A stretch of DNA of 64,000 bases. Origin: Prorocentrum cordatum (taxonomy: Eukaryota). This document shows positions 50,641 to 64,000 of the stretch, piece by piece. The translations under genes and the position numbers were made by a program. Each line of letters starts with the position of its first letter. Position 1 is the first letter of the stretch. The notes below the pieces were generated by a model that saw only the letters and a program-made list of their open reading frames with translations, was not told where the DNA came from and did not search any database. The stretch lies in NCBI GenBank assembly GCA_963575745.1, contig CAUYUJ010000003.1, positions 1,116,001 through 1,180,000 of the forward strand, read 5' to 3'.

Positions 50641-51019
50641 CAGCACAGCAACGACCTACATGATGGAGCACGGAGTCTACGCGACTGGCGACCTGACGGA
50701 CCTCATGGGCGAAGAGTCGGACGAGTGGTTCTACTACGAGAACATCGGTGACTACAAGGAGCTGCCGACTGAGCTTCCGGATGGTCCTGATTGGTCACGA
50801 GTGGGACGTCGCCGTATCACAGATCTTGACGGTGAGGTGGTGCTGCAGGACTTCGAGAAAGCAGATACTCCATTGGATCACGTACGAGCCAAGCAGGACC
50901 GCACGGCCAAATTAAAGATGCAACTGTGGTACAAGCAGGAGCCTCTGCCCGGAGATCTAGGCGCAAAGGCCATCCAGTTCGAACATGAAAGCTCAGACTG
51001 CTCGAGCAAATATCAGACA

Positions 51020-52080
51020 GCACTGCGGCAGCTTCACAAGAACGTGGGCCACCGCAGCAACGAGGACCTGGCCCGATCGCTGCGACTCTCAGGCTGTAGA
51101 GCTCAAGTGGTCAAGTGTAGAGCTCAAGTGGTCAAGGCAGCTGTAGAACTCAAGTGGTCAAGTGCTGCGACTTGTATGAACAAAACCAAGAAGAAGATCG
51201 CACGACAAACTCGATTGTCACATACAACCGACTTCAATGAACCGATAGGCTTGGACTGCTTCACTATCAAGGGCGCTGACAGGAAAGCTTGGGATTTCCT
51301 CAGTGGTAGAGTTGGGTACTACATGTCACGTTGTGGGACTGATCGAGAGCCATCATTCAGAGACGCTGGTGAGAATATTCACTCAAATCTGGACGAGCTG
51401 GGCAGGAGCTCCATCAAGTGTCGTGGTGGATCTCGAGGGAGTTTTTGATTAGATGTTCCAGATGCTCGACAGATGTCACTGCACCGTCGTGCCCGTATAT
51501 AGCAGGACAAGCAGCTTGGCAACAAGGACGGACTGAACGGTAAGGAGGCGGGTGAAAGGAGCTAGCCGAGAGGACGATAGCACACACTCAAGCAGCAAGA
51601 TAATCAGATATGCGTGTGCTCGCGTGGGTCGTCACGGGACCCAAGAACTCTCTACGCCGACAATGCGGGTTCAGTCCAGAGCAATGGGTATTGGGCAAGA
51701 GTGCCCGCCTACCAGCCGACCTGGTGGATGGAGCTTATCATGATGCTGCTCACGAGGGCTCTGAGATCCAGCCGATGGAGAGGCAGCTTAAAATGAGGAC
51801 GGCAGCGCGCAAGACTTTCATGGAGATGCAGAACGACAGCACCTTGCGAAGGGCTCTTCTTGGACGAGCTCAAGTTACTCCTCATCCCTTGGAGCAGGGA
51901 GACTTGTGGTTCTACTATCGGCGGCTCAAGAAGGGCTCCATCAAGAAAGGGACCTGGCTCGGTCCAGCAGTGGTGGTAGGCAGTCAAGGTCAGAACTATT
52001 GGATTTCCCACAGTGGTTTCACGAAGCTCGTAGCTCCAGAACATGTTCGACCTATCTCATCCGAGGAGATCTGGTGGCCA
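51020..52080 (+). pseudogene. pol: Copia integrase
   Basis: LHKNVGH (HH of HHCC), FNEPIGLD, WAGAPSSVVVD, AWQQGRTER*GG, GFSPEQWVLGK, and C-terminal WLGPAVVVG...APEHVRP. Confidence 0.85.
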
Positions 52081-52779
52081 GGTATCGGCGATCAACATGG
52101 AAAGGGTATTGACCAGCTGCAGCGGGCCAACAGGGACGCGGATGCTACCGCCGACATGGAGTACGAAGACCTACGAGCAGAACCACCACCGCCAGAACAA
52201 GGAGAAGCTGTTGACGTCGAGACGGGCCCTCTGGAACCTGAACTACCTGCAGAAGTTGCGCCGCCGCAAGAAGACGCTGATGTCGAGCTACCTCAAGCCG
52301 AGGCCGAACTCCCAGCTGCCCAACCTACGCTGGCATCATCATCGTCAGCACCGCCAACAGTGGCTCTGGCTCAGACAAGGCCAGGACATAGAAGTTGGAG
52401 CCGCGAGGAGTTCCAGCGACGCCGAGCGGTGTACAACCCTCTCGACGACGTGCCGCCATGCATCAAGGCATCGAGAGCGAAGGCGGAAGCTGCTCGTGAA
52501 GCAGCGCAGCCCTACTACACGTGCGCGGACGACGGCCTGGGCGATGGCAGCATTACCAACCCTACGTTCGCCACAATGCTGCGAGGAGTCCGAGCTCAAA
52601 GCGAGAGGCTCCGTAGGAAGCTGCAGGACAAGGAGATCGCACGGAAGGACATCCCCGACCGGCAGAGGCCTCTCTACCAGAAGGCGACAGCAGAGCACTG
52701 GGAAGAGTGAAAGAAACTCGGCTCGGTGGAGGTGATGTCGCCCTAAGCTTCGGCAAAGGCGAGAGAACTGAACGACAAG

Positions 52780-54310
52780 AATCGCTTCCTGCCCTCGAGG
52801 TTCGTGTTCCACAACAAGATCGCTACCATACGCACGGAGGCGAAAATTCGACCGTGCGCCAAAATTATTGAGACCCAGATCTACAGACTGGAGCTTTGAG
52901 GACCGACGCTCCTACAATGACGCGCACGAATTCGCTGCTCTTCTTTATCATGACTGCCCGGCATGGGTTGGAGCCCGTGTGTGCAGACATCATGTCCGCG
53001 CTCACACAGGGCGAGAAGCAACCTCGCGAGAAGGAGTTGTTCATGATGGAGCAACCAGTTCAAGGATTGCCCGGACTACAGCCAGGACAAGTGTTGCGAG
53101 TGGTGAAAGAAGTATTTGGACTTGCCACGGCTCCGAGGCAGTGGTGGGCTGCCCTCACGAGGACGCTACTCAAGCTGGAGCTGATCGGCGTGAACGGACA
53201 CAAGTTCAACTCGGTGCAGAGCCTGGTGGATCCTGCCTTGTTTGTGGGGCATGGCTCGGATGGATCCCTGCAAGCTATTGTGTGCGTGCACGTCGACGAC
53301 CTTCTAATCGCCGCCAGCACGAAGTCCAGTTACCAGACCATAAGGAGCTGTTTCCATTCGGAGGTTGGCTGCCCGAAAGACGTGGTCACTCGAGCAGATG
53401 GTCAATTCACTTGTGCCAAGAAGTATTCGCGGACAAATTGGAGCCACTCGACGTAACCGGGGTGGCGCAAGAGAGATCTAGGTTGCCCGGCCACCGACTT
53501 GGAGGCCGCTGAGAACAGGAGTCTGATTGCGAGCATAGGCTGGCTCGCAACTCAGACACGACCGGATTTATCAGCAGGAGTTCCGATGTCGCAGAGAGTT
53601 CAAAATTCACCAGTTGCAGCCGACCTTATCGAGACACATCGCATCGTATCCGAGGCTAGACGCTACAATGAGACGGGAGTCACTATTCCGAAGATGGAGG
53701 GCTCCTGGAGGGCGAACTGTGCGCCCTCGTGTTTCATGACGCGGCCTGGGCAAACGTTGAAGAGCCTGACGACAAGGTCTCATGTGTGACATGATGGGGC
53801 GCGCGCCGTGCCAAAACGGCTTTCGCATCGGAGGCGCCCAAGCGTCTCAAGGCCAAGAGTCAAGCAGGATTCCTCGTGGCCGAGAAGAAAGTCCTGACGG
53901 ATGGAAAAAACAAAGCTGCCTCAGTGGACTGGCGATCCGCTTCCATCAGACGAGTGTGTCGGAGCACGTTTGCCGCTGAAACTGTGAGTGCAGTTGACGC
54001 GCTAGGAGCAGCCATCGTGATGCGAGCTTCAGTGCCGAATCGTATCTGCCCGAATATGACGATCGACGACATCGATCCTAGCTTGTGTCCTATTCAATGC
54101 GTGACCGACTGTGCCTCTCTGTGCGGCGCCATACATCGAGAAGGGGCAGTAAAACTACCAGCAGAGCGAAGAATGGTTTTGGATTTGATTGGTTAGAAGA
54201 AACTGCTCGAAGATGAATTGTACGAGGAAGTGGCTGCCGCTACCAAGTCAAAGTTTCCTTGATCTTGGTGTCCTACCAAATACATGATGGCATATGCTCT
54301 CACGAGAAGA
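52780..54310 (+). pseudogene. pol: Copia reverse transcriptase and RNase H
   Basis: RT: LPSRFV, RTDAPT, ADIMSA, VFGLATAPRQWW, DPALF, VHVDD (VDD at 53292-53300). RH: FHDAAWAN, SQAG, RRVCRSTFAAE, TDCASL, WCPTKYMMAYALT. Confidence 0.9.
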
Positions 54311-54379
54311 ACAGCTGGCACGCAGATGCGAGCAGCAATGAATGGCAGAGTCATGTTGCATCAAGATACACCTCCAGCA

Positions 54380-54443
<64 letters not shown>

Positions 54444-54929
54444 CTGGTACTGATGATGATAATGACACGTTCTGAACCTACTGGGCTACGACTTGGGAGA
54501 CATGGATCTGCTGGTGAAAGATTCATGATGAGGCGAACGGCTTACGAACGATTGTTTCACTGGTCGTGCCGACTCCAATGATCTGCTATTTGGCTGTTCG
54601 CCTGCAGCCTGCAAATCACACCAGGTAAAACTTACGTGCACCCGCCTTCTTTTTGTGCACTGTGAACGGTACGCCTGTGAATTATAATGCTGACCACCAG
54701 CTGGCCGCCGTGTTGTTCTATCTAGATGTGCTTAGCAGCACATATGCATACATACATACATACAGACAGACAGACAGACAGAGACACAGAAAGAGAATAT
54801 TGTTTCTGCTTCTTACTGTATATTGTTACTGTCCGCGCGAGGGGGGGGGGGGCGAAAAGGGCCCTGGCTAGCGTCCCCGAACCACACCCTCAGAATTTCT
54901 GGGTGGCCTGGGACATGTAAAAATACATG

Positions 54930-55335
54930 GGATTCGCGCTCCCGACGCAATAATCCCTCGTAGTCTATGCTGTGTTCGCGCCCCCGAGGCCAAGATCCCT
55001 CGTACGTCACACTGTGTTCGCGTCCCCGAAGCCAAGATCCCTCGTATAACACACCGTATGTTTGCTCCTGAGGCCACGGTCCCCTGCAAATTAAGCCACG
55101 TTCTCGCCTCTGGGGCCACGACCGCTCGTAAATTACGCCATAGTCGCGCCCCCGAGGCTACAATCCCCCGCAAATTACGCCGCATTCACGCCCCCGAGGC
55201 CACGATCTCTTGTAAATTATACCGCATTCGCGTCCCCGAGGCCACGATCCCGCGTAAATTACGCCACCCTCGCGCCCCCGGAGCCACGATCCCTAGCAAA
55301 TCGCGCCACATTCGCGCCCCCGAGGCCACGATCTC
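54930..55335. repeat. ~40-bp minisatellite inside the Copia 3' region
   Basis: About 10 units of TCGCGCCCCCGAGGCCACGATCCC..GTAAATTACGCC. Confidence 0.85.
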
Positions 55336-55660
55336 CAACAAGAGGCATCCAAGAGGCACCCAAGAGGCCTCCAAGACGCCCCAAAGATACCCCATGAGGC
55401 CCCAAGAGGTCTCCAAGAGGCGCCCAAACCGCATCCGCGGCCCCCGAGAGGTTCCCCACGACACCCCAACACTATAAAAGAGGCCTCAGACCCACAACCA
55501 AAACACGGTGGCGGGATTGATGCGCCAAGGCAGCGCCGAGACGCACCGACGCGACTCTGTTATACATCACATTATGATAGAGAGGGGGCCGGTGGCAGGG
55601 GACGAAGCCCTTACGGATATGTCTCTCGATCGACAAGGGGCAACAAAATCTTCGAACGAG

Positions 55661-55782
55661 TGTGAAAGCGATGTTGCTTGCATGCGTACGCTTGCCCCTC
55701 GTCTAACTCAAGTCTCCTCCAGAAAACGTTCGCTAGCACACATTGCCATGCGTAGCATCGTATCTGAAGTTGCATCTTCACA
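55661..55782 (+). repeat. 3' LTR of Copia (122 bp)
   Basis: Matches the 5' LTR but lacks about 46 internal bp. Confidence 0.9.
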
Positions 55783-57090
55783 CAAAGGGTCCAGGGGACT
55801 CCCCTCCGAGGCCAGGATGTCTGGAATCCCGGCGGTCCTGGGAGGTCCGGGGGACCCCCCCCAAAACCTCCCCAACCACCCATGTGTGTGCTCAGGTGGT
55901 GCGGGCTTCCGATCGAGCGGTCCCTGGCCTGCGGCTATTTATCTGTGGGTTGGGGCTCCCCCTCGTGTACAGGGCGGTGTCTCGAATGGTTGTAGCCGTT
56001 GCACCCCCTATAAACGGAGTGGAGGAGCGGACGGAAGAACCACCCGCACGATAGGCACACCTGAACCCGAGGCCCTTCAGTGAACGCGCATTGTGGAGAA
56101 ATCGACCAGGACAAGGGCTGCTCAGTAAGCGCACAGGACAGCTTGGCAAGCGCCGTTCCATGGGGGTTGGGGGGTTGTTTCTCACTCGCCTGCTCATGGG
56201 GGTCAGACGACTCGAGGGGCAAACTAAGGAAATTATTATCTGAGGAGGCGATGGGCCCAGGCCAAGAATTTCAAAAGGATCTACGACGAAAACACCAAGG
56301 AAGTCATATGTTTTGAGACAACTGCAGCCCCGAACAGGGAGACATCAAGAAATTTAGCTTACCTTGTCCTGCTTCCTAAAATCGGCGGCAAGCCTGGGGG
56401 GAAATGAGAAGGGGCGGGCCTTCTTGGCAGGCTCAAAGTGCCCCAGTCTTCCGAGAAGTTGTCTTAGCTTTCCCCGAAGACGCAGAAAACCTCTAAGAAG
56501 GCGCGAGGACTTCTGAAAAGCCCCACCGCCTTCTAAGAAGGCCTTCTACTTCTCTCGTCCCCCCCCTCGCTCTCCGCCGATAAGAGGCTGACCACCATTA
56601 GCAGGCGAAGGATGCTTCTCCCTTGATCACAGGCGAACGAGCAGAAACTTCAGGAGGTCCGCGCGAAGCTCTCGGGATCGGTGCTGGACCCTCTTCTGGC
56701 GCGCGGAGCGCGCCCGGGGGCGAACTCCCTTGCAAGGTCCCAGGGACACACACATAGATAGACATCAGTCCGAGAATTCTCGATGTTTTCCGTATTTCCA
56801 AGATTTTCGTCTTCCCCTCCACTTCCCATACATTCCATATTTTCCATTGAAATCCATGATTCGAGTGAGGGGGCCGAACGGTCATTCATTGTCCCTGGGT
56901 GCGTGGCTGAAGTGGGGATCCGTGGTGAAGATTATGCTTGTTGCGTTGTTGTTGGTGTTGTTATTGCTGTTGCGATTGCGGATTAGGATCGTGATTTTGA
57001 TTGTTGGTGTTGGTGTTGGTGGTGTCGTTGTTGTTGGTGGTGGTGTTCTTGTTTTATCGTTGTCGTTGTCGTTATTGTTGGTGTTGTTGC

Positions 57091-57125
<35 letters not shown>

Positions 57126-57554
57126 TTGAACTCCCACTCTTGAAAAAACCATTTGTGATCCCCCCCCCACCGGTGCACATTGATTCTTTTCCATTGAAGT
57201 GCCCCCACCCCCGGGGCTCGCACCTTGTTTTTTATTAATGAAAATCATCCTGCTCAAACTGGGCCCCTGGCCCCCGGGTTACAACAACAACGGCTCCCGC
57301 CTGAGACTTCCTCGCACTTGATTCAAGAATCGCGCTCTCGCTGGGGACTTCCTTACGATTTATTCAAGAATCGCTTCCTGCGTTCTGGAGTCGCGCTCTC
57401 GCTGGAGACTTGCTTGCAATTTACTGAAGAATAACGCCCTTGCGTTGGAATTTCTTGTAATTTACTCCAGCGCCGCGCCCCCGACACCCAGGCACCCAGG
57501 AGTCGCGCTCACGCTTAGGACTCCTTCACATATTACCTAGGAGTCGGGATCTCG

Positions 57555-58315
57555 CTGCCCTTCGTGGCCCCGTTGCAGACCTTCGTGGCCCCCTTGCTTT
57601 GTTTCGTGGCCCCATTGCAGCCCTTCGTGGCCCCCACGCTTTGTTTCGTGGCCCCGGTGCAACCCCTCGTGGCCTCCTCGTTGCCCTTCGTGGCCCCGTT
57701 GCAGCCCTTCGTGGCCCCCTCGCTTTGTTTCGTGGCCCCGTTGCAGCCCTTCGTGGCCCCCTCGCTGCCCTCAGTGGCCCGGTTGCAGCCCTTCGTGGTC
57801 TCGTTGCAGCCCTTCGTGGCCCCCTCGCTGCCCTTCGTGGCCCCATTGCAGCCCTTCGTGGCCCCCTCGCTTTGTTTCGTGGCCCCATATATGTATGCCC
57901 TTCGTGGCCCCCGCTCGTTCGCGCCCGTGGTGGCCCCATATGCATGCCCTTCGTGGCCCCGCTGTCGCCCTCCGTGGCCCCCCCACTGCCCTTCGTGTCC
58001 CCATTGCTGCCCACAGTGGCCGCGTCTTTACCCTCCGCGGCCCAACATACGTATGCCTTTCGTGGCCCCCGCTCGTTCGCGCCCGTTGTGGCCCCATGTG
58101 CATGCCCTTCGTGGCCCCGCTGTCGCCGTTTGTGGCCCCCTCGTTGTCCTACGTGGCCCTGGTGCTACCCTCAGTGGCCCCATCGTTGCCTTCTGTGGCC
58201 CCGCATAATCTGCCCTTCGTGGCCCACGCTCGTTCGCGCTGTTCGTGGCCCCATACGCATTCCGTTCGTGTCCCCGCTGTCGCCCTTCGTGGCCTACTTC
58301 GTGTCCTTCGTGGCT
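57555..58315. repeat. CCCTTCGTGGCCCC minisatellite (~19-22-bp unit)
   Basis: Many tandem degenerate units. Confidence 0.9.
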
Positions 58316-58347
58316 CTGCTGTCGTTTTCTCTCGCTCTCGGTTTCGC

Positions 58348-58383
<36 letters not shown>

Positions 58384-58669
58384 TTGCCGTCGTCGTCGAC
58401 GTCGTCGTCGTCGTCGTCGTGGTCGGTCCCCTGTCCGTCCCTCTTGGGGTCGGGTCGATGGTCCGCGGCCGCCCCGCCGATCAGCGCTGCCGCTGGCCAG
58501 GCCGACGGTCCGCGACCGCTCCGCCGCTTGCCGGGGCCCGGCCTGCAGGGAAGAGAGGTATACCCCCCAAAAGGGGTTCGATCGAAGACGAAAAGGGCGG
58601 GTATCGAGGGTTTGGGGAATTCGCGTTATTCGACACTCGAGCAGATAAGGGCGAACAGTCTTAAAATGA

Positions 58670-58702
<33 letters not shown>

Positions 58703-58732
58703 CTGTTGTTGTTGTTGGTGTTGTTGTTGTAG

Positions 58733-58782
<50 letters not shown>

Positions 58783-58804
58783 GGTTGTCGTCGTCCCCCC
58801 CGCG

Positions 58805-59072
58805 GCGCGCGACCCCTTCGCGACCCCTTCGCGACCCACCCAGTGACCCGCGCGCGACCCACCCGTGACCCACCCGTGACCCACCCGCGACCCACCCGCG
58901 ACCCTGCCCGCGACCCCTTCGCGACCCCTTCGCGACCCACCCCGCGACCCGCCCGCGACCCACCCGCGACCCACCTGCGACCCACCCGCGACCCACCCGC
59001 GACCCGGCCCGCGACCCGGCCCGCGACCCACTTGCGACCGACTCGCGACCGACCTGCGACCCACCCCGCGAC
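58805..59072. repeat. 11-bp minisatellite CGCGACCCACC
   Basis: Tandem units. Confidence 0.85.
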
Positions 59073-60200
59073 TCACCAACATTGCTTGAACCAGAAAATC
59101 GGCGCCTGCGGTGGGCTCGTTACATAATTTGTCAGACTTTGGCGCCTGCGGCGAGCTTCTTCAGAGCCTCGCAGACTGCCGACGTCCCCGCCGCCCCCTT
59201 ACTCTTATCCGCAACTGCGGGGTGTTACGTTATTTATTTGTGTCTGTGTGTGTGTGCGTGTGTGTGTGTTCCTCCTGATCCCTTCAGGCCCCGCCCCGAC
59301 GCGGTACGGTGCACAGCTTTTCGGCTCAGAAGGCCGAACACTACGCACCGTGCCAGTCTTGGGCACAGGTCGTCCGCAGAGGTTAGCGAATACACAGGTC
59401 GTCTGCTGAGGGTAAATTAATCAGCTCGCGCAGCTGGTGTCTCCTGCGCCTCCAGGCGCCCCCCTCTCTTGCCTTCGCTCGGACGTCCTCTCCCCGTGCA
59501 TTTTGCGGTTTCGTGCGTGAGCGCGTTCTGTTCCGCGAGATGCTCCTGGATGCGCCTCGATGGTCCTCGCCGAGAAAAAAATGCACACATCCGAGCGATG
59601 CCAAGCTATCGTCCGAACCGAATTTCTGGCCGCCGCTCGCCGACGGCAATCGGCCCCAGCGACCCGGCGCCCGCCAGGAGCACGTCGCCCCTCTGCAGCG
59701 GAGTCAGCGCGCTGGCGTCGGCGACCTGCTCCTGGACCGAGAACTTCATCCTCAGAGGCCTCCCTAACGCGGTCCGAGTAGATGTTGGCGGCGAGCGATG
59801 GGGGGACGTGAGAAGGAGAAGGCTTCAGGCCTCCGGCCTTCTGAAATGTTCTCTGCGTCGTCGGGGAAGGCTTAGAAAACTTCTGAGAAGGCCAAGGGGC
59901 TTCCAAGCCTTCTGAGAAGGCCCGCCCCTTCTCACTCGCGCCCGGGCTCGCCGCCGAAGATGGGGTCGGAGGATCGCGCCGCATCGGCAATGAATCCCCG
60001 ACGTCGGCGACGAATCGGCGCCGTCGGCGTGGAGAAAATCGAGCTCCACATGGAGCCGCACCGCCGATACATCGGCAATGGGGCGCGATCCTCCGACTCC
60101 GTCCACTCTAATCGTCTTTGGGAGGCCTAGAAATCCTGGACATGCTGTCCCGCCCCACCTCCTTGCCGTTGACCTCTCTCGGCGGCGCGCCCGGGAGAGG

Positions 60201-60366
60201 TGAGAGGGGGGCAGGCGCTTCTCAGGGGGCGGCGGGACCTCGCAGAGGCCCTCCAGCCTTCTGAGAACTTTCCTGGCCCTCCCCCGAGGGCAGAGGCGCC
60301 TTCTCAGAAGGCCGGAGGGATTCCGAGAAGCCCCGCCCCCTTCTGAGCAGGCCTGCCCCCCTCTCA
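60201..60366. mobile_element. MITE-like family built on CCTTCT(C/G)AGAAGG palindromes
   Basis: TGAGAGGGGGGCAGG...CCTGCCCCCCTCTCA inverted ends. Relatives at ~3685-3850, ~56400-56560 and ~59808-59936. Confidence 0.5.
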
Positions 60367-63309
60367 CTTCCCCTGGGCGCGCTGTCGACTCTCATCGGAA
60401 GGGGGTCAGCCGAGACAACGGCGGCGCTCCCTAATGCGACTCGTCCCTGGTGGGCCTTCTGGAGGCGCCCTCTCGTCGCCACGGCTGGACACGCTTCGAG
60501 ACAGGGATCAGGACGGACCAATGGGGGAGTCTCAGGACCGGTTTGGAGCAAGAGGAGCCGCCGTTGTCTCAACCTCGCCCTCCTCCGACCTCGGGGCTTC
60601 GGACGACCGACGCGGGGACGGAGAGAGCTGGGACTAAGACCGGCAGCAACCCCGGTCCATGTCGAGCAGGGCTGGCAGGTCCCGTGCGCCGCGGACGCTG
60701 CCTGTGGAGGACGAGCATCGCCTGCACAGCAGCCAGCCAGTGGTGCACAACAGCTGCGGCCATTAGACAGCAACAAATCTGAAGGAATCTAAACGCTCGA
60801 GGCTCCGCGCGGACTTGTTGGATCGGCGCCAGGGGCGGCGCCGCCAATGCGGTCCAGCTCGATGCTCTTCGATGCTGGACGTCGTGCAGCTTTCGTGCCG
60901 TACCCGCTCCGGGCGCGTCGAGAGGGCGCGTGCCTGGCCACGGCATCGCACCGAGCAGCCCCTGGGCCGCCATGCCGCATCGCTGCTACCCAGTCTGGGC
61001 TGCCACACCCGGGCGTGCTGAAATGCACGCCCTGAGCACCTGGCCACGCCCGCAGCCCACTCTCCGCGGCCGTCCGCGCCTCTCCCTCTCTCTGGTCCGC
61101 AGCCCGACCAGGGCCCTCCCTACGCCACGAGAATATGTACACAGACACCCTCCGACGAACCCTGCATGTACCCTCAGGGAGGATGGCGGCGTTTGAAGTC
61201 CCTGGCTCTATTGATTTATACACCGCCACCTTCCCGGAGACCCAGGAACAATCACATTGGAAGGTACCTGTGCATGTATTTTTGCGGCAGACTCCCGCGC
61301 TGGGCGATCGCCAACGCCGCCGCGACCAAGAACTGCGTTGCCACGGGCACCGCAACATGGGGAAAACGAGTCCTGAGGGAAACGGGTTCTGGACAGTGGG
61401 GCCTCCCCCCAGGATCAGCTCTTCATCCTGAGTCGTTGTACGACAGTCCCGGGGCCCGAGGAGGGCGCCAGGAAGCCAAACACGGTGAAAATTCAACAGG
61501 ACCCATTTCTCTCAGGACCCGTTTCTTCACACATCGGTCCTCGGCAGTCTCAACCAATATCGGGGTCGGCCGGCCGGTTGGCAGCTCCCTACCCGAAGTC
61601 GCCGCTGGGCCTGCGAGTTTCCAGTGGGGGGGCGCTCCGACACATCGAGACAGCGCTGTGGAACCCGTACACCACCCAACCCGAAAGTTGGCGTCTCTGG
61701 GACCTTCGGGTTGGGTTGGAGTAGTTTGGCAAGATCTGCTGCCGAAAAGCCTGGGTCAGCCAGAGTAGAGGCTTCCTAGACGCGGTCCGAGCAGATTCGG
61801 AGGATCGCGCCGCATCGCCGATGCATCGTCGATGCATCACATGCATCGGCGATGCATCGGGGACGTCGGCGACGCAACGGCGCCGTCGGCGTGGCTAGAA
61901 TCGGGCCCCTCATCGAGTCGCACCGCCGATGCATCGGTGATGCGGCACGATCCTCCGGCCCCATCCACTCGGACCCCATCTGGGAGGCCCAGATAGAGGG
62001 AGCCAGCTGCCTCTTGCTCGCCGAGGCCCCGGCTGCGTCAGCCACGAGGCGGTCCTCATGGGGCTCCGCTGGTCCCCTGCGGGACTTCGCCAAGTCCGCG
62101 GCGGGCGGGCACCGGGAACGAGGATCTGGACGCCCAAGATGGGCACTGTCAAAGCTGATGATAAGGATTCGTGATAAGGATGCAAGGGCCTGGGAAGGCC
62201 ATGTCGAGGCACTCCGAGCAGGGCTGGCCATCGAAGGTGGTTGAGGATGGGCCGAAGGTGGCCGAAGAGGCAAGGATGCACGGGTACCCTTGGGAAGTCG
62301 AGCATCCTTACTATCAGTGTTGACTGTACGGGAAAGATGGGCACGATGCACAACAAGAAATGCCGGTGGCAACTCATGGGAGCCTCACATGCCATCTTAC
62401 TGGCTCTTGCGAATCGACGCTGGTCGACGCCAGTCGACGCTAATCGACGCTAAGCCAACGCTATCTCCTCGACTACCAGACGCTAGCCGACGCGAATGCA
62501 CTCTAAAGACGAAATTACGAGGGTAATTATGAAAGGCTCCCATGATTCTCGACCCAAGTGTAGCAAGGAGAAGGTTGGCGAATCAGCTGCTTGGGGTTGG
62601 CAAAATTCTGACCTCCTCAAGTCATGTTTTTTCATGACGCTCGTGCTGAATAGTTTGTATGTAGCTCTCGAGGTCGCCGCGCAATCTATCACCACGTGGT
62701 CAACCGCGTGGCGACATTCCGAGCGGTGACCTCGGAATCCCGAGGGACCTCACCGCACGGTCCTCACAGCACGGCTTCGGGACGGGACCATGGAAGCCCC
62801 AGTCGCCCGAGACGGTGACCCCGAATCCCCACTGACTCTCCCGCGGAGTGGTTACCACGTCGTTCGGGGGCCCCCGAGGATCAGCTGCGCGCGGCTGGTT
62901 TCCCCCCCCGTGCGTCGGGAACCATCGGAACGCGGCAATTTCAACATCCGCCTTAAGCGGGTACAGAAAAAATGCGCACGAGGTCCAATAACAAATGTTG
63001 CCCCAAAGCTGACAGCGGCCGCTGTTGGGCAGGCGGCCTTCTCTCTAGAGGGACGACGCCCGCGGCGACACCGACAGCGAGTCAGATTCAAAATGAACCC
63101 GAAATTCTGTCGCTCCTGGTGCCCATGTTTTCCGTACAGTCTGACCGAGGCCGCAAGAACATCCTTCAAGAACATGAAATCCTCCGCCGGCCAAAATGAT
63201 GAGCGCTGGAAGGTACCCTTCCCCAGAAGGCACAAAAACATGCAAGACACGAAGAACAGTAGGGCACCCTCCTCGAACCGACCTCGATATTGTACCTCGG
63301 TCCGACTGT

Positions 63310-63343
<34 letters not shown>

Positions 63344-64000
63344 AACGCACGCAGTGTACCACGCCGCAGCCCCACGGCGCCTGGCGCCGCAGAGCCCGAG
63401 ACTGATGCAGCAAGCCGCCCACTCTCCACTCGCGGGGCTTCCCCTCTCAGGGAGCAGCCGCTGGGGCGGCGTGCCCACCTCGACCGTCCCGATTCTCGCC
63501 CGACCCGAGAGCAGGGGCGGGGCCGCCGTTCCGTGGCCAGGTGCTGCGGCCGGGCGGGGCACGACGAGCGAGGAGACAATCGGCGCGCGGCGCGGCAGCG
63601 TGCCGCCACGCCGTGTTTCACGTCCGCCCGCTCTCGCCCCCGAGGGTGCACAAGAGGTGCTGTCGATCGGAGGAAGAACGGGAAGAAGGGGCAGGGAGTA
63701 ATTTTGAGGAAGGGGAGGACGGGGCGTGAACACAAACTTCACCTGATTTGGCCTCGACCGCTGTGCGAATCAATAGGTCACCAAGCAAACTGGGAACACC
63801 ACGAGAGCCGACCTGCGATATGCAAACTCGTGCAGTTCACCGTGGTCTGAAAGAGGAACGAGCGTGAAGGGTGGCCTTTGGCAGGGCGGGCGCGGCGGCC
63901 GAAAACCGAGGCTCGCCACGGCCGAACTTCACACCCATTCAACAGGGCGCAACGTGTAACATGGATAATAACTGGGAACCGACACGGGACCGAAAACAAA

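Larger units (their letters stand above)
46722..55782 (+). mobile_element. Ty1/Copia LTR retrotransposon with a cytosine methyltransferase domain (decayed)
   Basis: LTRs TGTGAA...TTCACA at 46722-46889 and 55661-55782. Domain order gag, PR, MTase, IN, RT, RH. Many stops and frameshifts. Confidence 0.93.

Noticed and set aside
54930..55335. CRISPR-like periodicity
   Set aside because: The whole 40-bp unit repeats with degeneracy. There are no unique spacers and no cas genes.
57526..59127. Long ORFs of 349 and 410 aa
   Set aside because: Translations of minisatellites, open in several frames.
60400..63310. Possible decayed transposon coding remnants
   Set aside because: No RT, tyrosine recombinase or transposase motifs could be identified by eye.
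1..64000. rRNA or tRNA genes
   Set aside because: No conserved rRNA segments or cloverleaf structures were seen. A covariance-model scan was not possible.

Overview
GC-rich, microsatellite-dense eukaryotic DNA with no prokaryotic operon structure. It is most likely dinoflagellate (inferred from GC/GA intron donors, a spliced-leader-like relic and a methyltransferase-bearing Copia). Most ORF-track entries are artefacts of simple repeats. There are three real blocks. (1) 6406-16016 (-): a ~9.6-kb LTR-bounded element with unusual (A)TC..GA(T) termini, a TTCC target duplication and a PPT. Its decayed polyprotein reads coiled-coil/Gag-like, CCCH finger, Tpt1/KptA-like domain, Cys-rich region, with no recognisable PR, RT, IN or RH. 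(2) ~27.6-44.8 kb (+): a co-oriented cluster of multi-exon genes with microsatellite-filled introns, ending in an intron-containing CMC (CACTA/EnSpm-like) DDE transposase. (3) 46722-55782 (+): a decayed Ty1/Copia with TG..CA LTRs, ordered gag, PR, C5-DNA methyltransferase, IN, RT, RH. The rest is MITE-like repeats, minisatellites, a telomere-like array and a phased T-tract satellite. All family calls come from motifs read by eye; no database searches were run.
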